Shown: positions 18,226 through 28,578, numbered from the stretch's first letter. The stretch: DNA of 64,000 nt from Patescibacteria group bacterium (GCA_023484515.1 JAMDAY010000010.1:5131-69130), one strand, 5' to 3'. The notes: generated by a model from the sequence alone, not told the origin. Translations and numbers: made by a program.

Positions 18226-19347
18226 CTATTTTTGAATCTTTAAATTGTATTTTAAGGCCGCGCAATAAACGTTTTCCGTTTCCTTAAGCATTTGCTCTTC
18301 CGTAAACAGCCTGCTCTGCTGCGACGATTTTTGCGACAAAGTTTCCGCTGCATTACGGTCCCGTATTACAGTAACCATGGCCCGGGCCAGAGCCCGGGGG
18401 TCTTGGGGCGGCACTAATATTGCGGCGCTGCCCAGGGCTTCCCGGTTGCCGCCGACATTTGCCGCAATTATTGGCAGGCCGGCCTGCATGGCTTCCAGCA
18501 GGGCATAGGGAAAGCCTTCCTTGCGCGAGGGAAGCACAAAAATATCCAGTGCCTTTAAATAGAGCCGCGCGTCCGGCACTTGCCCCAGCAGCCGGAAAGA
18601 GCTTTCCAATTTTAAATTTAAGATTTTAGATTTAAGATTTTGATATTCCGGGCCGCTGCCGAAAATTACGAATACCACTTTGTCCAAAATTTCCCGCGGC
18701 AAAGTTGCCGCGGCTTCCACCAAAATGTCCTGCCCTTTGGTTTTGTAAAAGTTGGAAGTGTTGCCCAATGTTATCACGTGCTGCGGCAGCCCCAGCCGGC
18801 TGCGGGCTTCGTCCCTGGTTAAAAACGGCAGGGGAGGGATGCCGTTATGGACCGTGCGAATTTTTTCTGGAGCAATCAGTCTTTTTTGCAGCGCGGAATT
18901 TTTATCGGAGTCGGAAACCGCAATAATATAGCTGCGGAACAAAGAGGCGAATTTTTCTAGCCAAAGGTAGAAAAACTTGGAAACAGGGGAGAGCGGCTCG
19001 CTGTAGCGGAAGCCGTGGGCGGTAAAAATAATTTTGGCTTTAACGAACGGCTTAACCAGGCTGCCCAAAAACCCCGCTTTGGTGGAATTTAAATGCACTA
19101 TGTCGGGTTTTAGGGAATTGGCCAGCCTGGCAATTTCCAAAATTGCCAGCAAGTCATGCCAGGGGCTAATGTTGCGCTTTAAGTGCCTAAGCCCGTAAGC
19201 CGGAATGCCAGCCTGCCTGGCTTTAACAAACAGCCCTTGTTCTTCCGTTCCGGCGGCAATGGCGCCTTTAAAATGCCTGGCCAAAGCCAGCACGTAATTC
19301 TGCGCGCCGCCCCCGTCGGCTTGGGTGATAATATACAGTATCTTCAT
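18226..19347 (-). CDS. Glycosyltransferase family 4
   Basis: GGAQ, FTAHG, VHNGI, EGFPYALLEAMQAGLP. Confidence 0.93.
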   Translation of the reverse strand: MKILYIITQADGGGAQNYVLALARHFKGAIAAGTEEQGLFVKARQAGIPAYGLRHLKRNISPWHDLLAILEIARLANSLKPDIVHLNSTKAGFLGSLVKPFVKAKIIFTAHGFRYSEPLSPVSKFFYLWLEKFASLFRSYIIAVSDSDKNSALQKRLIAPEKIRTVHNGIPPLPFLTRDEARSRLGLPQHVITLGNTSNFYKTKGQDILVEAAATLPREILDKVVFVIFGSGPEYQNLKSKILNLKLESSFRLLGQVPDARLYLKALDIFVLPSRKEGFPYALLEAMQAGLPIIAANVGGNREALGSAAILVPPQDPRALARAMVTVIRDRNAAETLSQKSSQQSRLFTEEQMLKETENVYCAALKYNLKIQK

Positions 19348-19565
19348 ATGCTAATATTTAAAAAATTGGCGAATTCCTTATTTGAACCCCGCTCGAAACC
19401 TTCCGCTATATTTAATAATATGGAAAATGCCGCTCTTTTTAATTGATCTAATAGCGAGTAATCTTTTTGCAGTTTTGGACTGCTTTCTATTAATTTATAT
19501 ATTCTATTTGTTAAAATTCTGGATTCTTGCCATACCGGCACGTCCTCGAATTGGTTATAGTGCAT
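19344..19565 (-). pseudogene. Truncated four-helix-bundle (23S-IVS-protein/Avd-like) gene
   Basis: FEDVPVWQES...DQLKRAAFSILLNIAEGFERGSNKEFANFLNIS*; stops at 73 aa, lacking the usual last helices. Confidence 0.85.
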
Positions 19566-19571
19566 AAGTGG

Positions 19572-19610
19572 ATTTTAATTTTTCAATTTTTAATCTTTCA
19601 ATCTTTCAAT
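19572..19610 (-). repeat. 7/8-nt-period array upstream of the four-helix-bundle gene
   Basis: Minus strand ATTGAAAG ATTGAAAG ATTAAAA ATTGAAAA ATTAAAAT. Confidence 0.8.
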
Positions 19611-19670
19611 AATATCATTGTATATTAAAACCAATTGCTTTGAAAGTGAAACTATGGTAAAGTTGAATAT

Positions 19671-20666
19671 ATGAAAAACACGCCCAAAGTCGCGCTAATC
19701 ACCGGCATTACCGGGCAGGACGGGTCATACTTGGCGGAATTGCTGCTGTCCAAGGGATACGAAGTCCACGGGATAATGCGGCGCGCCAGCACTTTTAATA
19801 CCGAGAGGATAGAGCAAATTTACCAGGATCCGCACGAGTCGCATAAGAGGCTGTTTTTGCACTACGGGGATTTGGCGGACGCCTCCAATTTAAACCATCT
19901 GCTTAAAAAAGTTAAGCCTGACGAAATTTACAATTTGGGCGCGCAGAGCCACGTGCGCGTCAGCTTTGACATTCCCGAATACACGGCCAATGTGACGGCT
20001 TTGGGCACGCTGCGCCTGCTGGACGCCATCCGCGAAAACGAAATTCAAACCAGGTTTTACCAGGCCGGGTCTTCGGAAATGTTCGGCGACGTTTTGGAAA
20101 CGCCGCAAAGCGAAAGCACGCCGTTTAACCCGGCTTCGCCCTATGGCGCGGCCAAGGTATTTGCCCACCACATTTGCAAGAATTACCGCGCTGCCTACAA
20201 TATGTTTATTTGCAACGGCATATTGTTCAATCACGAATCGGAGAGGCGCGGCAAGACTTTTGTGACGCGGAAAATTACCACCGGCATTGCCGAAATTTTA
20301 GCCGGCCGGCAGGACAAAATCTATTTGGGAAATTTGGACGCCAAGCGCGACTGGGGCTATGCGCCGGAATACGTGCAGGCTATGTGGCTGATGCTGCAGC
20401 AGGACAAGCCGGACGACTACGTGATTGCCACGGGCGAAACCCACAGCATTAGGGAATTTTTGGAAGAGGCTTTCGGCTTGCTGGGCATTAAGGATTGGGA
20501 AAAATACATTGGCATAGACCCCAAATACTACCGGCCGCAGGAAGTTAATTTGCTTTTGGGCAATGCCGGCAAAGCCAAAAAAATCTTGGGCTGGGAGCCG
20601 AAAGTGAAGTTTAAGGACCTGGTGCGCATAATGCTGGAAGCGGATGTTAAGGAAGCAGGGATGCAG

Positions 20667-20693
<27 letters not shown>
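19671..20693 (+). CDS. gmd: GDP-mannose 4,6-dehydratase
   Basis: [38 protein letters not shown]. Confidence 0.97.
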
Positions 20694-21692
<999 letters not shown>

Positions 21693-21694
21693 GC

Positions 21695-22483
21695 ATGAAG
21701 CTGGTCAGCCTGAACACGTTTGGCGCTACCCAAGGCGAAATATTTTTCAACTATATTAAGCAGCATCGGGACAATACCGACATTTTTTGTTTGCAGGAAG
21801 TGTTTTCCGCCAGCGGCAACGCTCCGAAAATTTACGGCGGATTCCATTTGTTTGAGCTGCAGGAGTTGCGCGGGTTATTGCCTGGTTTTAAAGATTTTTA
21901 CGAAGCCAAAAGTTTTGGTTATGCGGATGCTACTGACCAAAAAATTGATGTGCCGGTCAGTTTCGGCATGTCAATATTCGTGAGGGAAAACTTTAAAACG
22001 GAAGATTACGGAGCCTGTGTTTTAGGGGACGGGGTGGCTGCGGGCGGCCCGCTGTTGGAAGGTTTGGTCAAGTCCCAAACAGCGGTCTTGGAAGCTGGCG
22101 GGCAAAAACTGCGCATAATAAACATACACGGCCTGTCGCGTCCCGGCGACAAGCTGGATACCCCGGCAAGGCTGGAGCAGTCCAGGAAAATTCTGGAAAT
22201 TTTAACCGGCCAAGCCGCGCCAACCATACTCTGCGGCGACTTTAATTTAATGCCGGAAACCGAGAGCATAAGAATGCTGGAAGGCAAAATGCGGAACCTG
22301 GTCAAAGAATTCAATATTGCCAACACCCGGAACGAGATAAGCTGGCAGCAGTATCATAACAGGCAATATTTTGCGGATTACGTTTTCGTATCCCCAGGCA
22401 TTAAAGTCCAAAACTTCCGGGTCCCGTATAATTTGGCGTCCGACCACTTGCCGATGATATTAGAATTTGAATTGAAAATTTAA
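21695..22483 (+). CDS. Endonuclease/exonuclease/phosphatase family protein
   Basis: SLN, FCLQEV, CGDFN, DYVF, SDHLP. Confidence 0.9.
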   Translation: MKLVSLNTFGATQGEIFFNYIKQHRDNTDIFCLQEVFSASGNAPKIYGGFHLFELQELRGLLPGFKDFYEAKSFGYADATDQKIDVPVSFGMSIFVRENFKTEDYGACVLGDGVAAGGPLLEGLVKSQTAVLEAGGQKLRIINIHGLSRPGDKLDTPARLEQSRKILEILTGQAAPTILCGDFNLMPETESIRMLEGKMRNLVKEFNIANTRNEISWQQYHNRQYFADYVFVSPGIKVQNFRVPYNLASDHLPMILEFELKI

Positions 22484-22504
22484 GATGAGCAATTTTTAAT
22501 TAAA

Positions 22505-23587
22505 ATGCTTCGTATTTTATTCTGTGGTTTTAAATACGAATACGGCCGGCCGGAGCTGGGCTTGTCCGCTATTGAATACCGGGCTTTTTACAAGACGTTG
22601 GAAGCCATGGAAGGGGTGGAGGCGGAGTTTTTTGCAATTGACGAGCTTATGCGCCAGGCGGGGCGGGACGAAATGAACCGGCAATTAATCCGGAAGGTTC
22701 AAGAGGAAAAACCGGACCTGCTGTTTTGTTTCTTGTTTACCGAGGAGCTGAAAAAGGAAACCATAGCTTACATTACGCGCAAGACTGGGACTAAAACTTT
22801 TAACTGGTTTGCGGACGACCACTGGCGCCTGCCGGTCTTTTCCCGCTTTTGGGCGCCGCTGTTTACCATGGCCGGGACAACGGATTCGCAAGCTTTGGCT
22901 AAATATGAATCTTACGGCATCACTAACGTCATAAAGACCCAGTGGGCGGCGAATACGGCGTTATGCAAGCCGGTAGATGATTTAAAGATTGAAAGATTGA
23001 AAGATTCAAAGATTGAGGATTGCGAAATTGCCTTTGTGGGAAAAAAATACGGGAACAGGGGAAGTTATATCGCGTATCTTAAAAGCCATAACCTTCCGGC
23101 AGAGGGGTATGGCAAAGGTTGGGAAACGGGCGTGGTAAGTTTCCGGGAGATGCTGGAAATATTTTCCCAAAGTAAGATAAATTTGAATTTTACGGAAAGC
23201 TACTTAAGTTGGCCAAAAGAGATTGTAAAATTGTTTATAAAGGAAGAACTGGGCAAATACAGTCTTAATTTCCAATTTCCAATTTCCAATCTCCAATCCT
23301 TGGCTGGGAAAAGACGCAGGCAAATTAAGGCGCGGATTTTTGAAGTGCCGGCTTGCGGCGGGTTCCTGCTGACCGGTGATGCGGACAATTTGCGCGACTA
23401 CTATGAAGACGGCAAGGAAATTGTCCTTTTTAAGGACAAAAATGATTTAGTGGAAAAATGCCGTTATTATCTTGAGCACGAAGGCGAGCGCCAAGCCATT
23501 GCCCTTGCGGGTTATCAGCGGACTATAAAGGACCACACTTACGAGCAGAGGTTTAGAGAAATATTTAAGGTAATGGAACTAGTGTAA
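22505..23587 (+). CDS. CgeB-like glycosyltransferase
   Basis: WFADDHW, SKINLN, RIFEVPACGGF, DHTYEQR. Confidence 0.88.
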   Translation: MLRILFCGFKYEYGRPELGLSAIEYRAFYKTLEAMEGVEAEFFAIDELMRQAGRDEMNRQLIRKVQEEKPDLLFCFLFTEELKKETIAYITRKTGTKTFNWFADDHWRLPVFSRFWAPLFTMAGTTDSQALAKYESYGITNVIKTQWAANTALCKPVDDLKIERLKDSKIEDCEIAFVGKKYGNRGSYIAYLKSHNLPAEGYGKGWETGVVSFREMLEIFSQSKINLNFTESYLSWPKEIVKLFIKEELGKYSLNFQFPISNLQSLAGKRRRQIKARIFEVPACGGFLLTGDADNLRDYYEDGKEIVLFKDKNDLVEKCRYYLEHEGERQAIALAGYQRTIKDHTYEQRFREIFKVMELV

Positions 23588-23689
23588 AACTAAAGTAAAT
23601 ATTTAAGTAAATATTTGCTTTTGATTGGCGTAAAGGAAGCAGGCCGCCTGATTCTTATTAGCTGATGTTTTAAGGTTTTAGCCGTTAAT

Positions 23690-23739
23690 TTATCCACAAT
23701 TGACCTATCTTGACACCCAATGACCTGTTATGATACTGT
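23690..23739 (+). promoter_or_regulatory. DnaA box, promoter and 10-bp-phased TGAC repeats
   Basis: TTATCCACA at 23690; TTGACA at 23710; TGACCT/TGACAC/TGACCT/TGATAC at 23701, 23711, 23721, 23731. Confidence 0.6.
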
Positions 23740-23767
23740 AAAAGCAGTTAAAATAAACTTTCTTTCC

Positions 23768-24013
23768 ATGGCAGAAATCAAGCCAAATGAAGTATATACT
23801 ACCGAAGAAACGCAGGAGTTGCTGAAAGTCAGCAATAGCACTATTAAACGCATGTTGAAAAACGGTTTGCTCCGGGCCAACAAAGTCGGCAAGCAGTATC
23901 GCATAATGGGGCATGAAATTTTAAGGCTGGTCAGCCCGGAAGTGGAGCAAAAAGCCGTGGAAAAGTACCAGCAAATTAAAACCAAAGTCAGGGAAGGGAC
24001 AAAAAACTGGTAA
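23768..24013 (+). CDS. Excisionase/MerR-like (HTH_17) DNA-binding protein
   Basis: YTTEETQELLKVSNSTIKRMLKNGLLRANKVGKQYRI. Confidence 0.88.
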   Translation: MAEIKPNEVYTTEETQELLKVSNSTIKRMLKNGLLRANKVGKQYRIMGHEILRLVSPEVEQKAVEKYQQIKTKVREGTKNW

Positions 24014-24106
24014 CCCTACTAAAGTACCAAAATGTACCAAAATACGAAATCTGCTACAAATTTGGGTTAATTTAGTACTTTAGTATTATTTAGTATTTTA
24101 GTAGGG
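24014..24106. mobile_element. Gene-less copy of the GxxExxY cassette (37-bp inverted arms)
   Basis: Left arm 32/37 and right arm 34/37 identical to the arms at 24929-24965 and 25354-25390. Confidence 0.8.
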
Positions 24107-24108
24107 GT

Positions 24109-24927
24109 ATGGAAATTATAATTCGACCAAAAAGCAAATGGTGGCATTTGGACCTGGGAGAGCTTTGGACTTTCCGCGATTTATTTTATTTTTTAACCTG
24201 GCGGGACGTTAAGGTCAAATACAAGCAGACCATTGTGGGGGTGCTGTGGGCCGTGTTCCAGCCGTTTGTGACCATGGTGGTGTTTTCGGTTTTTTTCGGC
24301 AGGCTGGCTAAAATGCCTTCGGAGGGGGTGCCTTACCCGATTTTTGTTTACACCGGCCTTATTTTTTGGACTTTGTTTTCCGCGGGACTGACCGACACCA
24401 GCGGCTCATTCGTTTCTAATTCCCAGATTGTGACCAAAGTATACTTTCCCCGCGTTATTTTGCCCACGGCCACGGTGCTGACAAACATGGTGGACTTTGC
24501 CATTGCGGCAATCATTCTGGTGGGGTTGATGTTTTATTACCACTACACCCCCACGCTTTTGGGGATTGTGCTAATTCCGGTCCTAATTTTAATGACCATT
24601 TTAAGCACGCTGGGCGTGGGTTTGCTGTTCGGGTCTTTGAACGTAAAATACCGCGACGTCAGGTTTATTTTGCCGTTTTTTATCCAGTTGCTGATTTTCA
24701 TCACGCCGGTCATTTACCCCGTTACCATTGTTTCGGAAAAATACCGCTGGATTTTGGGCCTTAACCCCATGTCCGGGGTAATAGACGTTGCGCGGGCAGG
24801 GCTTTTGGGAATTAAGTCCATAGACTGGGGGCTGCTGCTTGTTTCCATAATAAGCATGACAGTGTATTGCGTTGTCGGATACCTTTACTTCAAGGTGGTG
24901 GAGCGGTATTTCGCAGACGTTATTTAA
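24109..24927 (+). CDS. wzm: ABC-2 polysaccharide exporter permease
   Basis: RDVKVKYKQT.VG.LW, KVYFPR, VKYRDV, TPVIYP, LNPM. Confidence 0.93.
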   Translation: MEIIIRPKSKWWHLDLGELWTFRDLFYFLTWRDVKVKYKQTIVGVLWAVFQPFVTMVVFSVFFGRLAKMPSEGVPYPIFVYTGLIFWTLFSAGLTDTSGSFVSNSQIVTKVYFPRVILPTATVLTNMVDFAIAAIILVGLMFYYHYTPTLLGIVLIPVLILMTILSTLGVGLLFGSLNVKYRDVRFILPFFIQLLIFITPVIYPVTIVSEKYRWILGLNPMSGVIDVARAGLLGIKSIDWGLLLVSIISMTVYCVVGYLYFKVVERYFADVI

Positions 24928-24928
24928 T

Positions 24929-25390
24929 CCCTACTAAATTACTAAAGTGTACCAAAATACTAAAACTAAAAACATTCGGGAAGATTTGGTTGAAAAGGAC
25001 CTTTGTTATAAAATAGTTGGCGTATTAATGGAAGTATATAAACAACTTGGAAGCGGCCATCGCGAACAATATTACCAGCGAGCAATTGCAGCAGAACTTA
25101 CGCGTCAAAAGTACTCATTTAAACAGTTTGTTAGAACAACCTTAAATTATAAAGATGCCCCAATAGGCGTTTATATCTTAGATTTCCTAATAGAAGGCCG
25201 TGTGGTTCTGGAGATAAAGAAGGATAACTATTTTTCCAGACAACACATTGACCAAGTTAATGGATATTTAAAGACTTTAGATCTTCGGCTGGGTATTTTA
25301 GCAAATTTCACCAAAGAAGGGGTAAAATTTAAAAGAATCGTCAATCTGTATTAATTTAGTACTTTAGTATTTTTTAGTAATTTAGTAAGG
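24929..25390. mobile_element. Putative cassette: GxxExxY gene between 37-bp inverted arms
   Basis: CCCTACTAAATTACTAAAGTGTACCAAAATACTAAAA ... ATTTAGTACTTTAGTATTTTTTAGTAATTTAGTAAGG, inserted between wzm and wzt. Confidence 0.7.
24947..25354 (+). CDS. GxxExxY protein (PD-(D/E)xK-like)
   Basis: LGSGHREQYYQ, LDFLIE..VVLEIK, QVNGYL, GILANF; GTG start lies inside the left arm. Confidence 0.92.
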   Translation: MYQNTKTKNIREDLVEKDLCYKIVGVLMEVYKQLGSGHREQYYQRAIAAELTRQKYSFKQFVRTTLNYKDAPIGVYILDFLIEGRVVLEIKKDNYFSRQHIDQVNGYLKTLDLRLGILANFTKEGVKFKRIVNLY

Positions 25391-25393
25391 AAG

Positions 25394-26665
25394 ATGGCTA
25401 TTATAGAGGTCACCAATTTAGGGAAAAAATACAATATTGGCGAACGCCAGAATTATTTGGCGTTGCGGGATACTTTGACGTATATTATCAAGTCGCCTTT
25501 AAAATGGTTTGGCGGAAAAGTTAAAAGTTTGCAGAGCCGCCCTGACAATGAATTTTGGGCGCTTCGGGACGTAAATTTTACCGTAAAAAAAGGCGAGGTT
25601 TTGGGCATTATTGGCCGCAACGGAGCGGGCAAGTCCACATTGCTGAAAATCCTTTCGCAAATTACCCCGCCCACAACGGGGGAAATTCGCCTGGGCGGCC
25701 GGGTGGGTAGCCTTTTGGAAGTGGGAACGGGTTTCCACCCGGAACTTACCGGCCGCGAGAATATTTTTCTTAACGGCGCAATTTTGGGAATGAGGAAAAA
25801 GGAAATAGAAAAGAAGTTTGACGAGATTGTGGAATTTTCCGGGGTGGAAAAATTCATTGACACGCCGGTCAAGCGCTATTCTTCCGGAATGTATGTGCGC
25901 CTGGCGTTTTCCGTTGCCGCGCACTTGGAACCGGACATTTTGATAATTGACGAAGTCCTGGCCGTGGGCGACTCGGAATTCCAAAAGAAATGCCTGGGCA
26001 AAATGGAAGAAGTTACCAAAAAAGAAGGCCGCACCGTGCTGTTCGTAAGCCATAACCTGGCCGCGGTAAAAAAATTGTGCGACCGCTGCGTTGTACTGAA
26101 TAATGGCAGCAAGGTTTTTGAAGGGGGAACGGAAAAAGCGCTTTTGGCATACGATAATTTGCAAAGCAGCAGGGAACTGAAAATGAATAAAGGCGAATAT
26201 AATAATAACCGCAGGGGCTCGGGGACTTTAAGTTTTACTGAAATTGAAATGTTTGACACAAACGACAAAAAGAGGAATATGTTCAACATAGGCGAAACCG
26301 TAAGGTTTAAAATGTCTTATGCGGTCCTTAACGAAATGGAAGGGCTTTATGTGCTTATTTCCCTGTATAAGGACAGGCTTAACGGTGTGTTAACAACCGT
26401 AAAACATGAGTTGCGGAACAATGTTATAAAAAAAGGCGAAAATGGTTCTGCCATAGTGGATGTTGAACTGTCCCATATTTGCCCGGGCGAATACAGTCTG
26501 CATTTTTGGCTAGGCGATAAAATGGCGCTGCATCAAGGCACCCCGCTTAATTACGACGTAGTGGACAACGTAGTGGGACCCTTGGTAATTAAGGCATCCA
26601 GCGAAGAAGAAAAGGAGATGGCCGGCTATTTTACTTTGCCATCAAATATGAATATACTTAAATAA
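25394..26665 (+). CDS. wzt: Polysaccharide ABC exporter ATPase with C-terminal carbohydrate-binding domain
   Basis: GRNGAGKST, YSSGM, IIDEVLAVGD; ~170-aa C-terminal extension. Confidence 0.94.
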   Translation: MAIIEVTNLGKKYNIGERQNYLALRDTLTYIIKSPLKWFGGKVKSLQSRPDNEFWALRDVNFTVKKGEVLGIIGRNGAGKSTLLKILSQITPPTTGEIRLGGRVGSLLEVGTGFHPELTGRENIFLNGAILGMRKKEIEKKFDEIVEFSGVEKFIDTPVKRYSSGMYVRLAFSVAAHLEPDILIIDEVLAVGDSEFQKKCLGKMEEVTKKEGRTVLFVSHNLAAVKKLCDRCVVLNNGSKVFEGGTEKALLAYDNLQSSRELKMNKGEYNNNRRGSGTLSFTEIEMFDTNDKKRNMFNIGETVRFKMSYAVLNEMEGLYVLISLYKDRLNGVLTTVKHELRNNVIKKGENGSAIVDVELSHICPGEYSLHFWLGDKMALHQGTPLNYDVVDNVVGPLVIKASSEEEKEMAGYFTLPSNMNILK

Positions 26666-26796
26666 CAGGTTGTAATAGGGGTTTAATTGTTAATTTTTAT
26701 CCATTTTTTAGTTTTAAGTCCTTAAATTTAATGTTTCCCTTTTTTATTTTACTGGGAATCGTCAGTTTAAGGTTTCAAGTATTAACAAAAATTAAT

Positions 26797-27423
26797 ATGA
26801 ATTATTTACAAAAAGTAGAAAGAGCGAAGCGCCTTATAAGGGAATCAATAAAAAAATATCCAAAGATTGTTTTAGGATCTTCTTTCGGCAAGGATTCAAT
26901 GGTTACCTTGCACCTCACTTTGTCGGTAAAACCTGATATTCCGGTGTTTTCCATACTCGCGGATACGGAATTTCCGGAGACTTACAATTTTGCCGAAGAA
27001 ATGGCTAAAAGGTACAGCCTTGCTTATACCCCTTATGTATTTGAGCAGGCGAAAGGGGAAAAATGCTGCGGCAAACCCAAAGTTGAAAAAACAAAGGAAG
27101 CCTTGAAAGACTATGACGCTTGGATATCCGGAGTAAGGAAGACAGAAGGGATAACCAGGGCGAATTTTAATCCGGTAGAGACAAAAAACGGATTGACAAA
27201 AATAAACCCAATTCTTGAGTTTACGGAATTGGACATATGGAGGTATCTTGCCCTGAATGAGATCCCAGTGAACCCGAAATATAAGGAAGGCTATCGGAGC
27301 CTGGGTTGCAGCCTGTGCTCTTTTCCCGAAGAGAATGAATGTGAAACGGAGCGTGCCGGCAGGTGGAAAGGAACTCCGGATGCCTGCGGCGAGTGCGGAA
27401 TACACACGCAGCCTTTAAGATAG
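26797..27423 (+). CDS. APS/PAPS reductase family protein (CysH-like)
   Basis: SSFGKDS, CCGKPKV, GYRSLGCSLCS, ERAGRW, ECGIH. Confidence 0.88.
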   Translation: MNYLQKVERAKRLIRESIKKYPKIVLGSSFGKDSMVTLHLTLSVKPDIPVFSILADTEFPETYNFAEEMAKRYSLAYTPYVFEQAKGEKCCGKPKVEKTKEALKDYDAWISGVRKTEGITRANFNPVETKNGLTKINPILEFTELDIWRYLALNEIPVNPKYKEGYRSLGCSLCSFPEENECETERAGRWKGTPDACGECGIHTQPLR

Positions 27424-27516
27424 GCTTAAAGGCATTAAATTAATTGTACAAATTGTTTTAGAGACCGCCATTAGCAAAGCCAATCGGGCAGAAATGTTAT
27501 CTAAAAAATCAGCGTT

Positions 27517-28578
27517 ATGATAAACAATACTAAAGTCAGGGAAATTCTAGAGGGAAAGACCGTTTTAATAACCGGGGGAACCGGTTACCTCGGCCAGGCT
27601 TTGACTGCGGAAATTCTGAAATATGATCCTAAAAGCGTAAGAATTTTCAGCAGAGACGAGGTTAAGCACCATAAGTTTCAGGAAAAATTTGCATATAATA
27701 GCAAAATAAGAAATTTTATCGGCGATATCCGTGACTACCAAAGGCTCCTTAAAGCCGTAAGGCAGGCGGATGTGGTTATCCATGCGGCTGCGCTGAAGAG
27801 GCTGGACCTTTTGGAGTATAATGTGGACGAAGCCGTCAAGACCAATATTTTGGGAACGCTGAATGTAGTCAACGCTTGCCTTGCGAATAATGTTGAGAAG
27901 GCGATATTGGTTTCGACCGACAAGGCCTGCTCGCCGGTAAATACTTACGGGGCGTGCAAATTCGTAAGCGAAAGGATATTCAGCGAAAGTAATTTCAGCA
28001 AAGGCGACATAAGGACGGTTTTTACGACGGTGAGGTATGGAAATGTTTTGGAAAGTACGGGGTCAGTCATACCTTTTTTTAGCGAGAAGATAAAAAATGG
28101 CGAAGAAATCCCGTTGACCGACCCAAGGATGACCCGTTTTATAATAAGTCCACAGCAGGCGGTGGGCTTGATATTTGATGCAATGCTCTATGGAATAGGC
28201 GGGGAAGTTTTTGTTCCAAAGCTGCCGTCTTTCAGGATTATTGACCTTATTGAAATCCTTAAGGAAAAATTGGGGAAAAACAACGGAACAAAAACAATCG
28301 GCTTGCGGCCGGGAGAGAAAATCCACGAACTTATGATAAATTATGCGGAAATCCCCAGGACTTATGATTTTAGGGATCTTTATGTCATAAGTTCGTGTAT
28401 TGAAAAATACCAGCATGGCAGCGAAGCGGAATATGTAAAACACGGCAAACTGCTTAATGAATCGGAAATGAAAGAATACAGTTCGGAAGATATGGTGGTG
28501 TCAAAAAATGAGGCGACAGAAATATTCAAACGGTTTAATCTTTTAAGAGATGATCCCATACGGCAAACAATTTATTGA
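27517..28578 (+). CDS. pseB: UDP-GlcNAc 4,6-dehydratase (PseB-like)
   Basis: ITGGTG, FSRDE.K, HAAALK, STDKA, RYGNV, TDPRMTRF, RPGEKIHE. Confidence 0.85.
   Translation: MINNTKVREILEGKTVLITGGTGYLGQALTAEILKYDPKSVRIFSRDEVKHHKFQEKFAYNSKIRNFIGDIRDYQRLLKAVRQADVVIHAAALKRLDLLEYNVDEAVKTNILGTLNVVNACLANNVEKAILVSTDKACSPVNTYGACKFVSERIFSESNFSKGDIRTVFTTVRYGNVLESTGSVIPFFSEKIKNGEEIPLTDPRMTRFIISPQQAVGLIFDAMLYGIGGEVFVPKLPSFRIIDLIEILKEKLGKNNGTKTIGLRPGEKIHELMINYAEIPRTYDFRDLYVISSCIEKYQHGSEAEYVKHGKLLNESEMKEYSSEDMVVSKNEATEIFKRFNLLRDDPIRQTIY

Noticed and set aside
19344-19565. Diversity-generating retroelement (Avd-like gene)
   Set aside because: No reverse transcriptase, and no template/variable repeat pair with A-specific mismatches seen in the window.
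23690-23698. Replication origin
   Set aside because: Single DnaA box; no cluster of boxes and no dnaA/dnaN nearby.
23768-24013. Prophage or ICE marked by an excisionase
   Set aside because: No integrase, phage or conjugation genes in the window.
27446-27453. TTGTACAA half-site resembling the PaaX-flanking palindromes
   Set aside because: Only an 8-bp match in AT-rich DNA; expected by chance.
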